From: a virus
Lineage: Duplodnaviria; Caudoviricetes
Virus record (IMG/VR): IMGVR_UViG_3300009703_000064
Coordinates: 1-33,381 of that record
Reading direction: 5' to 3' (one strand)
DNA length: 33,381 nucleotides
Position numbers and translations under genes: made by a program. Position 1 is the first letter of the stretch; each line of letters opens with the position of its first letter. This document shows, in pieces, positions 24,312-33,381 of this stretch. A model generated the notes under the pieces. That model saw nothing but the letters and a program-made list of their open reading frames with translations. It was not told the DNA's origin and ran no database searches.

Positions 24312-25033
24312 TCTCTGAAAAATCTAATAATATTTTAACTTTAGTTTTAAAAAACGGAGAGACAACTTCTCTTTCTTTTCCATCTGGTAAAGATATTGAG
24401 TCTGCACTTGAATTAGCACTTAAGTTTGAAGGAATAAAAAAAGAAGACGTTAAGAAATACTTTTTCTCAATTGATTCAGAAAAGAATCTGGAAGACTTCA
24501 ACTACTTCAACGGAGAAAAAGAAGAGATAGATGAAATAGAACAATCAATAGATTTTAAGGTAGATGAAGTAAGAAGGCAGAGAGATGTGCTATTTAAAAA
24601 GCTCGATTTGCAGTTCATGAGATCGATTGAAGATGATGATAATAAATCAGAAAAAGAGCACATAATTTTAATAAAAAACTTTTTAAGAGATTTACCATCT
24701 GATTTAAATAAAAAGCTCAAAGAGTATGATAACCCAAAAGATATTGTATTTTTTGACCCATATAACAATATATTCGAAATAATGCTAGTACACCCCGGAA
24801 AGGGCTACGAAAAGCCTCCTACGGTCTCTATAGCCCCTCCTAACGGCGATCATAAAGGCTTTCAGATTGAGGCTGTAAGCACCATAAGTGACGGAGAAGT
24901 TAAAGATATAATTGTAACCCAATATGGAAGCGGGTATACTTCAACTCCTGATGTACTTGTGAGTCCTCCAGAGGATACAGAAAACGGGGAATGTGCTATG
25001 GCAGTAATTCTTCTAACCGAAAATAACTTTTAA
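24308..25033 (+). CDS. Tail-associated protein (tail-fibre-assembly-like helical domain plus GxGY beta repeats)
   Basis: VRRQRDVLFKKLDLQF...LRDLP, then two repeats, IMLVHPGKGYEKPPTVSI and IIVTQYGSGYTSTPDVLVS. Confidence 0.6.
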   Translation: MISEKSNNILTLVLKNGETTSLSFPSGKDIESALELALKFEGIKKEDVKKYFFSIDSEKNLEDFNYFNGEKEEIDEIEQSIDFKVDEVRRQRDVLFKKLDLQFMRSIEDDDNKSEKEHIILIKNFLRDLPSDLNKKLKEYDNPKDIVFFDPYNNIFEIMLVHPGKGYEKPPTVSIAPPNGDHKGFQIEAVSTISDGEVKDIIVTQYGSGYTSTPDVLVSPPEDTENGECAMAVILLTENNF

Positions 25034-25034
25034 A

Positions 25035-25904
25035 ATGGCTAAACAAATTACATACAACGGAACAGTTATCAAAGGTAGCAATAAGCTGATTGCATCAAAT
25101 GAGGCCGATTTGTCATTCCTAAGAGACAATAGTTTTGTGACTATCAAGGGACAAGATCATCTTTACAAGATTATCGGAAAAGATAAGACCCTTTATATAA
25201 AAGAGGCAGAAGTAAAAACTGACGACTCTGTCACTCTGTCTGGAGAAGATAGATTTAATTTCTGCGTAAACGACGCCGTAACATTTACCCACAAACAGTA
25301 TCAGATCACTGAAGTAGAAGTTCAGGATGGGGGAAAAAATTTCAATGTAGACGATTTAGTATCTATTGACTCTGGCTTATGCTCAATCAATTCGTATGAC
25401 GGAACAGAATCTATTCCTGTTATAAAAGTTAAAAAGGTTAATAAGTCTGGCTCTATATTAGAAGTTGAGATGCTGAAAAGCTCCGGCGGAGTTTTTAATG
25501 TCGCTCCTGACTTGCTAACTAATGCTAGCTCTGTATCCGGTTCCGAAGCGAAGCTGGCTTTAAAAGTTGAAAAGTTGGAAAAAAGATTGATGGAAGACAG
25601 AGTAATTAAAAATGTTGACCATCAAATGAATCACACGGTTTTAACTTTTAATCACCCACTTCCACAAAGATTTAAATTAGGAAAAATTTCAGTTAATAAA
25701 TGGGAGTTGATTCTTAATATTCCTTATAACGGAGAAACTGAAAGTAACTGTGTTTATACAATTACTAGTGACTTTACTCCTCACTACTCTATGCCTTTGA
25801 TGCATGCAATTTCAGATTTAAACCCTTCTGCATACAACGAGTCATTATCTATTCTTGATGCTAAAATCAAAGAGTTAGAAAACAAAATCGACAACTTAAG
25901 TTAA
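25035..25904 (+). CDS. Putative virion structural protein with C-terminal coiled coil
   Basis: Beta-rich (VEVQDGGKNF repeat-like), ending in LDAKIKELENKIDNLS; last gene of the tail operon. Confidence 0.55.
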   Translation: MAKQITYNGTVIKGSNKLIASNEADLSFLRDNSFVTIKGQDHLYKIIGKDKTLYIKEAEVKTDDSVTLSGEDRFNFCVNDAVTFTHKQYQITEVEVQDGGKNFNVDDLVSIDSGLCSINSYDGTESIPVIKVKKVNKSGSILEVEMLKSSGGVFNVAPDLLTNASSVSGSEAKLALKVEKLEKRLMEDRVIKNVDHQMNHTVLTFNHPLPQRFKLGKISVNKWELILNIPYNGETESNCVYTITSDFTPHYSMPLMHAISDLNPSAYNESLSILDAKIKELENKIDNLS

Positions 25905-25907
25905 CGA

Positions 25908-28900
25908 TTATTTTGCGAGTATTCCGCCCTGTCTAGTTTGTTCTACTAGCGTCGTAACAACGGCGTCCTTGATCATTGTAGCTACCTCTATCTGAGCTTG
26001 CTCATTTAGTGCAGAGCCATTGCTTGATTGAGTGTCTACTGCTACGGAGTCTGAAGCATTTCCGGACTGATCTAAGTTGACCGATATGTTAATATTGTTG
26101 GTCATCTCCCCAGAGGAACTAAAGCTACCTCCGTTATCATCTGGAAGGGTGGTTCCCACATAACCGCCCGCAGCGAATCCAGATAACGTACCACTGTTTA
26201 ACTTGTGGAAGAATGCAGAGCCATATTTGTCAACAGACTCTTTGTTCATTACCATTTCGCCCCCAGTCAACAGGGCGGGAATTCTGTCTCTTGCGACCCC
26301 AGCACCAACAGAACCTCCCGAATTAAATGGCCAAATTTCTTTGAGTCCAGCCTTCGCGCTTCCGAAGAATTTTCCGGGAGCTTCTGCTAAATTCTTTAAT
26401 ACACCTTTGCCTCTTTCACCGGCCTTACCCCAATCTACAAACGCTCTTGCTCCTTCGTTACCTTTCGTCCCTCTGTGAATATGACCCAAGGCTAAAGCTA
26501 AACCAGCAGACACAAGTGCTTTTCTCCACGTTTTCTTCTTTCTATCTTTGTACGCTTCTATCTGCTTTTGATACTCTTCTTCTCTTGCTCTTCTTTGAGC
26601 TAAGAAGTCATGAAGAGTGGTGAACTTTTTGTTTCTTGTAAGATTTCTCTGATTTTCTTGATCAGTTAATGCTAATCTGCTTAGTCTTTTATCCATCTCG
26701 TAGCCACTTGTGGCCATGCTTGGATTCGTATTGCTTCCATAAACAAATGCGTTTCTTAAATTTACATTAGCTCCTCCAGAGCTTGCGCTTCCAAATGCGT
26801 AAAGCATTGAATTAAGTTTAGCTTGAGGATCACGGTCGCCCTTTTCAACACTTTGCCCTATAAAACGTTTAATCTCACCTCCACTGGATGCGCGAGTTAT
26901 AGTACCACTATTTAATTGATGCAATAACTCTTCTCCGTATTTATTAACAGAACCCTTCTTTATAACGAACTCACCCTTTGTAAGCATAGCGGGAACGTCA
27001 TCTCTAACTCCAGAGCCTCCCATTACTTTTCCTCCACCAGCGTAACCAACAGGGCCTCCTTTATTAAGACCGAATGGGGCAAATATAAATCTGTTTACAG
27101 ACATCTCGATGATCTTGTTGGTGATCATGTCTCCAATTGCCGTAAACAAGTCGCCAAATGAATCTTTCAGCTTTTTCGATCCATCTAGTGCAGAAGAGAA
27201 TGCGTCACTAACCCCGGTTTTAAACTTCTTGGTTACGCTAACGCCAAGGTTCATTACGTCTTGCTGCTGATCTGCTTGAGTGTAAACCAAGCTAGCGCGT
27301 ATTCCATTTAAGAAATCATCAAACCCGAACTCTCCCAATGCAATTTTTGCATTGTTTATTTGTGCTTGAACCTGTTCAAATTGAGCTCCAGTAAATAAAG
27401 TAGAATTGCCAAGGTCTTCAACGCTATTAGCCATTGTATCCATCTGAGTGATGGATGTTATTAAGCCTTGTTCGAGTTGAGCCTTTTGCCCCGATAAGAC
27501 AGTTTTTCTCATCGCATCAAATGATTGCTGTCTTTCCTCGGGTTTAGCATCTTGGAATGCCTGATACGTTCGTAACACTGGGTCTTTTTTCTTCGCCTCT
27601 TCCATCGCCTTTTCTGTTGCGACTGCCATAGCAGCGTTTACTCGATCTTTACCAGCAACAGCTTTGCCACCCTTTTTAATATCTGCGAGTTCTGCCTCTA
27701 AACCTTGTTTTCTTTCTACCAATTCTATATCCGAGCTAGCCCCAGTTCCTAAGCGGTTCTTTAATTCTTTTATCTCTTCTGCTAATTGCTTTTCTCTTTT
27801 ATTGCGTTCTTCAGCTAACTTTTTGTTTTCTTGTTCTTGAATTGTTCCTCTTTTTATTCCTGCGGCGGCTTGTCCTTCCACAACGCTACGTCTTTGTGAT
27901 ATTTTTTCAGTTATAAACTCCTGCATGTCCTTGCCTCTAAGCGAGGCTCCGCGTAACTGCTGCACTACACCTGCCGCTTGAACAGTTTGAGCTAATCTGC
28001 CAGCCCTGTTTACTGAGCTTGCGTCTCCTGTTGCAGTTCTTAAACTTCTTATCGCTGATACATGAGTACCAGCGGCCCTCATTCCCTCTTCTCTTCTTCT
28101 ATTTATTTGTTCTTGAGCAAAAGTGGTGCTCAAATTAGCCATTTTGGGATTAAGGTGGCCAGCACTATATCTATCCTTGTGATAAGCTTTTACTGTTGGA
28201 TATTTTTTAATGTCAATTCCATGCTTGATAGTAAAAGCTTGCCAAGCGTCCTTGGTGTCTTGCGACCCAATTCCAGCCATAGATATTTGCGTTGAAGTAT
28301 TTCCGGGTATTTGCAAATTCTTAAGAGACTCATATCTTCTCTGGAAAAACTCTTCTAACTTTTTAAGGTTTTCTTTATCATTATAAGGTATTCTAAAGTC
28401 TCCACCTGTTATCGACTTTATTGTCTTTTCCCCGTCTTTCCCGAGAAGCATCCCGAAGATATTCTTATATTCTCCCTGTAGTTTTTGACCTTGACCCTGA
28501 GATAAATCAATTTGTCTATTTAAACCTACTCCTTGAGTTCCTAAAATATTCCTGCCAGTAATAGCTCGGATTTGGTTCATCCTTGCATTTTCCATAGCCG
28601 TTTTCATGCCACTAACTATTTTCGGCATTGAATAATCTGCGAGCTTATGATCTTCCTTTATTTTTTGTAATGCTTGTGGATTTAAGTAAGAGTCTCTTAT
28701 GTTTTTGTATTCATCCGCAGTAACCTGCGCGGCCTTGGTTAAAGCATCCTCGGCTTTTTTAAAGTTATCGTTTAAGCCTTGAGTTAGATTTGAAGCCGCA
28801 CTACTGCGCTGTTGCCAAGTTGCTAATTCATCAGCCAACTCTTTTCCGCGCTCTGAGACTGCATTAAAAGCTTTAGTTACTTCGTCTCTGTCTTTTGAAT

Positions 28901-31900
28901 TGTAATAACCAAGGCTGCTTATATCTCCGCCTTTAGCACCTGTTATTAATTTTCCTTGAGCGTCGTATTTGTCAGATTGTTCTAGATGAGTTCTAATCCT
29001 CATTGGTCCAGCTAGAGGGCTTCCCGATGTGGTCATTACACTTGGATGACCGGCCACACCGGGCCTGTAAGGACTACTGTCTGAAAGGTCAGATATTGCA
29101 GCTAGACTTGCAGCCGCCATTCTAAGTACCCTGCCCGATATTCCTTCTTCACCCGTCAAACTTGCCTTAAATGCTTTAGTAGCCGTTCCTTTATTAGCTT
29201 TTTCAAAGGTTTTTCGCATCGATATTACCTGATCATGCCCTCCCCCGCCATCACGACTTTGAACATATTTTAATGCACTTTTTGATCCTAGCGCGTCTAA
29301 AAAACCACCTACAACAGCCTGTTCTTGACTTAACGGATTCATGTCCCCCATTCTTCCATGATGCCCAGCTAATTGCCCTAAAGTTCTTTGATTATAGTGT
29401 GTTACAGCTTTTAAAAACTCTCTTTGAGCTACTTGTCTTTGTTCCTTAGTTCCAGTACCGCCCAACAACATGTCCCTCATGCCCTTATCGAAGGTCATTC
29501 CTGTATTCTTGTATGGAGACATCCTGTGTTTTTTATCACGCTCATCTGTAGGATCAAAAAACAATCTGTTAGGTCTAGCTTCTTTAAGGGCAGCATCCAT
29601 AACTTTCTGACCCTCTTTAGTTTTCATGTAACCCTTGAAAGCCTTACTTCCAAATACTACATCTGCGCTTTCCCCAAGAGCTACATCAGTACTAAGCCCA
29701 CTAGATAAAACCGACGTATAACCACCTTGTTTGCCTAAGTCTTTAGCTTTAAAGGTTCCAACTCTAGCACCTTGAAAATCTTTTTGGGCAGCCTTATAAC
29801 GCATAAATTCTGGATTATTTTTAATAGCAGATATTTCTGCGGCTGAACTAGACAATTCGACTTGGTTTGAATCTAGTTTATTTTTTGCGTCTTGAAAGTC
29901 TCTTTCAGCTTTTCTTTCTAAATTTCTTTTTTCTTGTATTGTTTGCTGTCCCAAAAGTATTTGAGCTATTTTATCGAGCTTTAAGCCTTCAAACGATGCA
30001 TGCTTTCCAACTTCAGTTGTTGTTCCTCCTATTGCCTCAATCAGCTTCACTTCTTCCATTGCTTGCTTGAATGCAGTTTTGTTACTGTCTTCAAATTGTT
30101 CAAAGTGAAAATTAGAAATAGCATTTAACTGATCAATTCCATTTTTAACTGCATCCATATTTGCAGCTAAATTTTCTATCTTAAACTCACTAGCAATTTG
30201 CTCTCTAGATATTTGATCAATATCTGATTTATCTAACCCAATTCCCCCTTCTACACCCAAGTCCGATAATAGACTATTTACTCCTCCTAAATTTCTAGAA
30301 ATTTGTGCGCTTCTTCCTTGAACAGCCTGTCCTACCAAAGAAGTTAAGCCAGCAGACGCACCAGTGTTATTGCCCATAATAACCTGATTCATATCTAACT
30401 GAGGCATCATGTTTCTAATCATAGAAAGCGTGTTAAACGCGGCCCTGCCTTGCATTATGTTAGATATTCCTTGCGTACCTAATCCCGCAGATTCTCTTCT
30501 TCCAGCGACTTGAGCCTCTCTGAATTGATTTGCTAACTCTGCGATTGGACCTTCAATTCTCGCAAAATTTCCTAAAGCACCCGCACCTCCAAACGAAGCT
30601 AATCTTTCATCTAAAGCCAACCTTTTTTGAGCAAAGGAATTTTGAATCTCAGCTATCTTTTCTTGATTCTTGTTGCTTTGTATCAAAGCGGCGAGTTGGT
30701 TTTTAGTTTCTGATTCTTGAGACTTTGCTGTTTCTAATAAGTCTTCGAGCAATGGGCTAAGTACAAAATCGCCCCTTCTTATCTCTTCTGTTATTAAAGC
30801 TTGAATTTGCTCAGAGCCCGCTTCTGAATCTCTGTTCAACAAACTAATTACTTGCTGGCTTAAATTTTCTACAGCTTTTTGATTCTGCTTTAACCTGTTA
30901 TTTTCTACACTTTGCTCTCTTCTATCTCTTCCTTCTTGCTGAGATTTAATAAAGTTGTCGCTCAACTTTTGCTGAACTCTTTGGAATTCAGCGGTAGTAG
31001 CTTTTAATAATTCGCTTCTCCCCTTCTCTCTAACTTTATCTAGCTCTTTAACAAAGTCAGACCTTCTGTTGGCAGTGCTAAGACTAAAGTCTGCTTGAGC
31101 TCTTCTTCTCGAACCTAAGAATGGTTCATTTAAATTCAATCCTCCTGCGGCTACTGCACCAAAAGTATCCCTAACACCAGCTTTCCCAGCAGAGATCATT
31201 TTGTCTCTACTTAAAGTCATAGCAATCGCCCTATCCATAGCCCCGCCCAACCTAATAGTGAGCGTATCCATTGCGTCAGCAGCTTTCTGAGCACTTACGC
31301 GCATTTTTTCTGCGAATTTTACGTTAGAGTCTATTATAGCCTGAAACTGATCTGTAAGTTTTCTAAAGTCAGCCATTCCAGCTATTTCTTGAACAAACTT
31401 ATCCAATACTTTTGTTATGTCCGAGAATCCTTCTCCGCCCGCTCTTGATTCTAACGCTTTCCTTAGTTTCTCAAGCACTTCTGGCTGTATATCTTTAAAA
31501 GTTTGAGTCAATCTCTCTATAAATGGCTCGACTGCTTTTGCTGGATCAGTGCTTGTATCTATAGCTCTTAAATCTTTAGTTAAGTCCTCTAAAGATTTTA
31601 CCGGTATGTTTGCAGCATTTTCAGCTAGCTCCATTGAGTCAGAAAAAACATCTACAAACTGCCCTAACAAAGCCTGACCAATTACATTGTCTTTAAATAT
31701 CGCTCCTTGTGCAGTTTTTTGCATTTCAGCAATTAACGCGTCATTCCCTGAAATTACTGCCCCGAGATACCTTGACATAGTCTGAGCTTCTTCGGCTGCT
31801 GCTGAACCCAGAACATTTGTACCAGCAAGACCCTCAATTCCCGCGATACCAAGGCTACCGACAACACCTGTTTTAGCTACGCTTTTAGCCACTCCTCCCG

Positions 31901-33381
31901 CTGCTGTTCTGGCCGTACCAAGCTGATTGACCATTGCAGTTCTACCTCTATCCTTACCAATCTTTCCTGCGCTCCGCAGCTTCCGAACTTTATTCAGTTT
32001 CCTGCCAGCATTTGCGACAGTTAAAGCTCCACTTGCTCCACCTGTAAAAACACTTCCCAACACGCCAACAATTGCAATTTCAGCAGCCTCTTTCGCAATA
32101 GCTCCCTTGACAGTCTCTGTTCCTGAGTAAGCTTTCAGATAATCACCAATACTCAGCCCTCCAGTCATCGACTTTATTGTGCTTTTATTTTTGGACTCTT
32201 GCTCTTGAATTTTTAATAAAAGCCCATCAAGAGCTACTAATTTTGCGGTATTTTTTCTTATCTCTTCTATATCGTCTCCAAGCTTAACAGGGTCAGCCAA
32301 TGACCCAGCTAACTGACCTCTAAATTGCGCTGGAATGTCTTTTAAAGCTTCAGCCAAAGCACTTCTTCTCGTTGCTAATTCTCCACTAGAAATATCTGCA
32401 CTAGATATTCCAGAGCTATATTTTTGAAGAGCCATTTGTAACTTTTGAGCTCCGTCTTGAAAATCTTGAAACGACTCTTTTGTTTTTTCTGCCTCGACCT
32501 TTAATTCATTTAGCTCTCCTTCGGCTACAGCTTTTGTAATTTTTCCTAATGCTGTCATGCCACCAATTGCAGCACCAGCGGCTATCCCCATAGGCCCAAA
32601 CATAGCTCCCATACCAGTATACATAGCGACATCTCCGATCCCTTCTAGATTAGCTCTCTTTCTTGGGTCGGTTTCAGTAGCAGCCATCGCAGAGGTAAGC
32701 ATCGGGGCGGCAAACGAGGCTCCCATCCCAATATTCATAAGTTTGCCGCTCCGAGCGGACTTCGCTTCCTGTATAGCGGCTTGAGCAGCAGCTTTTACTT
32801 GCTGATTCTTTGATTTATTTATTATGCCCTGAAGCCTCATTGATTCATACAAACCTCTAAGTATGCCGTTCGAAGCCGCAGCTTTTCTTTTTTCTATATT
32901 AGCTATTTGATTAGTAATATCCCTTTTTCTTCTTATAGCTTGAATGTCAGATTTTTGTATCGCCGTTTCTTGATTCTTAAGTGATAACTCATCTAATCTC
33001 TTTTGGGCTGTAGCTTGCAGGGTTCCTGCTTGCTGTTGAAGCAAGCCCATTATTTTTTGCTGTTCTGCTGTGCTAATTCCTAATGCATTTAATTCTTTTT
33101 GGAATCCAATATTTATGTCTTTAGTTAGCTTTCCGCCATGAGCTACGTGAGTCATTACGCTACTAAAATGATGATTTAACTTATCTACCTGCTTTTTAGT
33201 TAGCGACATTTTTGCAGCTACAGCTTTGCTTTGCTGACCTATAGCCTCAGAACCTAAAATCATTGGGTTACTTGCCGTTGTTGCTCCAACAGCAGCACCC
33301 ATACCTCTCAACTTGGAAATTGAGCTTTGAGTTGTGTTTCCTGTTTTCCCAGCCACGCCCATAACTTGAGCTACGGTTTGA
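25908..33381 (-). CDS. Tail tape measure protein, very long and probably 5'-truncated by the window
   Basis: At least 2,484 aa, Ala/Gly/Gln/Lys-rich and helical with hydrophobic Gly-rich stretches. C-terminal GGxV..G.G.RDxVPAxLTxGExV motif and NNINISVN...LVEQTRQGGIL terminus. The frame stays open upstream of ATG 33362 to the window edge. Confidence 0.88.
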   Translation of the reverse strand, partial: QTVAQVMGVAGKTGNTTQSSISKLRGMGAAVGATTASNPMILGSEAIGQQSKAVAAKMSLTKKQVDKLNHHFSSVMTHVAHGGKLTKDINIGFQKELNALGISTAEQQKIMGLLQQQAGTLQATAQKRLDELSLKNQETAIQKSDIQAIRRKRDITNQIANIEKRKAAASNGILRGLYESMRLQGIINKSKNQQVKAAAQAAIQEAKSARSGKLMNIGMGASFAAPMLTSAMAATETDPRKRANLEGIGDVAMYTGMGAMFGPMGIAAGAAIGGMTALGKITKAVAEGELNELKVEAEKTKESFQDFQDGAQKLQMALQKYSSGISSADISSGELATRRSALAEALKDIPAQFRGQLAGSLADPVKLGDDIEEIRKNTAKLVALDGLLLKIQEQESKNKSTIKSMTGGLSIGDYLKAYSGTETVKGAIAKEAAEIAIVGVLGSVFTGGASGALTVANAGRKLNKVRKLRSAGKIGKDRGRTAMVNQLGTARTAAGGVAKSVAKTGVVGSLGIAGIEGLAGTNVLGSAAAEEAQTMSRYLGAVISGNDALIAEMQKTAQGAIFKDNVIGQALLGQFVDVFSDSMELAENAANIPVKSLEDLTKDLRAIDTSTDPAKAVEPFIERLTQTFKDIQPEVLEKLRKALESRAGGEGFSDITKVLDKFVQEIAGMADFRKLTDQFQAIIDSNVKFAEKMRVSAQKAADAMDTLTIRLGGAMDRAIAMTLSRDKMISAGKAGVRDTFGAVAAGGLNLNEPFLGSRRRAQADFSLSTANRRSDFVKELDKVREKGRSELLKATTAEFQRVQQKLSDNFIKSQQEGRDRREQSVENNRLKQNQKAVENLSQQVISLLNRDSEAGSEQIQALITEEIRRGDFVLSPLLEDLLETAKSQESETKNQLAALIQSNKNQEKIAEIQNSFAQKRLALDERLASFGGAGALGNFARIEGPIAELANQFREAQVAGRRESAGLGTQGISNIMQGRAAFNTLSMIRNMMPQLDMNQVIMGNNTGASAGLTSLVGQAVQGRSAQISRNLGGVNSLLSDLGVEGGIGLDKSDIDQISREQIASEFKIENLAANMDAVKNGIDQLNAISNFHFEQFEDSNKTAFKQAMEEVKLIEAIGGTTTEVGKHASFEGLKLDKIAQILLGQQTIQEKRNLERKAERDFQDAKNKLDSNQVELSSSAAEISAIKNNPEFMRYKAAQKDFQGARVGTFKAKDLGKQGGYTSVLSSGLSTDVALGESADVVFGSKAFKGYMKTKEGQKVMDAALKEARPNRLFFDPTDERDKKHRMSPYKNTGMTFDKGMRDMLLGGTGTKEQRQVAQREFLKAVTHYNQRTLGQLAGHHGRMGDMNPLSQEQAVVGGFLDALGSKSALKYVQSRDGGGGHDQVISMRKTFEKANKGTATKAFKASLTGEEGISGRVLRMAAASLAAISDLSDSSPYRPGVAGHPSVMTTSGSPLAGPMRIRTHLEQSDKYDAQGKLITGAKGGDISSLGYYNSKDRDEVTKAFNAVSERGKELADELATWQQRSSAASNLTQGLNDNFKKAEDALTKAAQVTADEYKNIRDSYLNPQALQKIKEDHKLADYSMPKIVSGMKTAMENARMNQIRAITGRNILGTQGVGLNRQIDLSQGQGQKLQGEYKNIFGMLLGKDGEKTIKSITGGDFRIPYNDKENLKKLEEFFQRRYESLKNLQIPGNTSTQISMAGIGSQDTKDAWQAFTIKHGIDIKKYPTVKAYHKDRYSAGHLNPKMANLSTTFAQEQINRRREEGMRAAGTHVSAIRSLRTATGDASSVNRAGRLAQTVQAAGVVQQLRGASLRGKDMQEFITEKISQRRSVVEGQAAAGIKRGTIQEQENKKLAEERNKREKQLAEEIKELKNRLGTGASSDIELVERKQGLEAELADIKKGGKAVAGKDRVNAAMAVATEKAMEEAKKKDPVLRTYQAFQDAKPEERQQSFDAMRKTVLSGQKAQLEQGLITSITQMDTMANSVEDLGNSTLFTGAQFEQVQAQINNAKIALGEFGFDDFLNGIRASLVYTQADQQQDVMNLGVSVTKKFKTGVSDAFSSALDGSKKLKDSFGDLFTAIGDMITNKIIEMSVNRFIFAPFGLNKGGPVGYAGGGKVMGGSGVRDDVPAMLTKGEFVIKKGSVNKYGEELLHQLNSGTITRASSGGEIKRFIGQSVEKGDRDPQAKLNSMLYAFGSASSGGANVNLRNAFVYGSNTNPSMATSGYEMDKRLSRLALTDQENQRNLTRNKKFTTLHDFLAQRRAREEEYQKQIEAYKDRKKKTWRKALVSAGLALALGHIHRGTKGNEGARAFVDWGKAGERGKGVLKNLAEAPGKFFGSAKAGLKEIWPFNSGGSVGAGVARDRIPALLTGGEMVMNKESVDKYGSAFFHKLNSGTLSGFAAGGYVGTTLPDDNGGSFSSSGEMTNNINISVNLDQSGNASDSVAVDTQSSNGSALNEQAQIEVATMIKDAVVTTLVEQTRQGGILAK
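26160..27068 (-). repeat. Internal duplication of the tape-measure C-terminal module
   Basis: RDDVPAMLTKGEFVIKKGSVNKYGEELLHQLNSGT (about 26901-27068) and RDRIPALLTGGEMVMNKESVDKYGSAFFHKLNSGT (about 26160-26327). Confidence 0.85.

Noticed and set aside
3076-32784. Short antisense or alternate-frame ORFs in the track (e.g. 3076-3273, 3831-4175, 5531-5851, 7251-7887, 9222-9404, 10279-10515, 10899-11177, 14249-14449, 17312-17512, 20662-20919, 23692-24768, 26203-32784)
   Set aside because: They lie wholly or almost wholly within well-supported genes, have no recognisable motifs, and show typical shadow-ORF composition.

Overview
An AT-rich, gene-dense fragment of a large tailed dsDNA phage genome with a lambda/T1-like tail tip, so probably a siphovirus. 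The left part (1-12.9 kb, mostly minus strand) carries a truncated Cys-rich, Thr/Pro-linker, CBM5/12-like protein, a PD-(D/E)xK endonuclease, RecA/UvsX, GDP-mannose 4,6-dehydratase, a plus-strand island with signal peptidase I, ribonucleotide reductase nrdA/nrdB, a SET-domain protein, a GT4 glycosyltransferase and a dNMP kinase. The middle (12.9-15.9 kb, plus strand) has a wHTH protein, dCMP deaminase, a GT9-like glycosyltransferase and a Rad52/RecT-like annealing protein. The right part has tail genes M-L-K-I-J and two accessory tail proteins on the plus strand, and a tape-measure gene of at least 2,484 aa on the minus strand. Most notable: (1) an ORF-free gap of about 580 bp near the strand-divergence point, holding a candidate ~320-nt, GC-enriched, end-to-end paired structured RNA with its own sigma70-like promoter, followed by two long hairpins; (2) an NrdB that lacks the radical tyrosine and has the class Ic (Mn/Fe) ligand pattern; (3) two promoter classes, sigma70-like promoters 6-8 nt upstream of ATG (apparently leaderless) and a GTGTAA motif. 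All calls come from motif reading by eye; no searches or folding programs were run.
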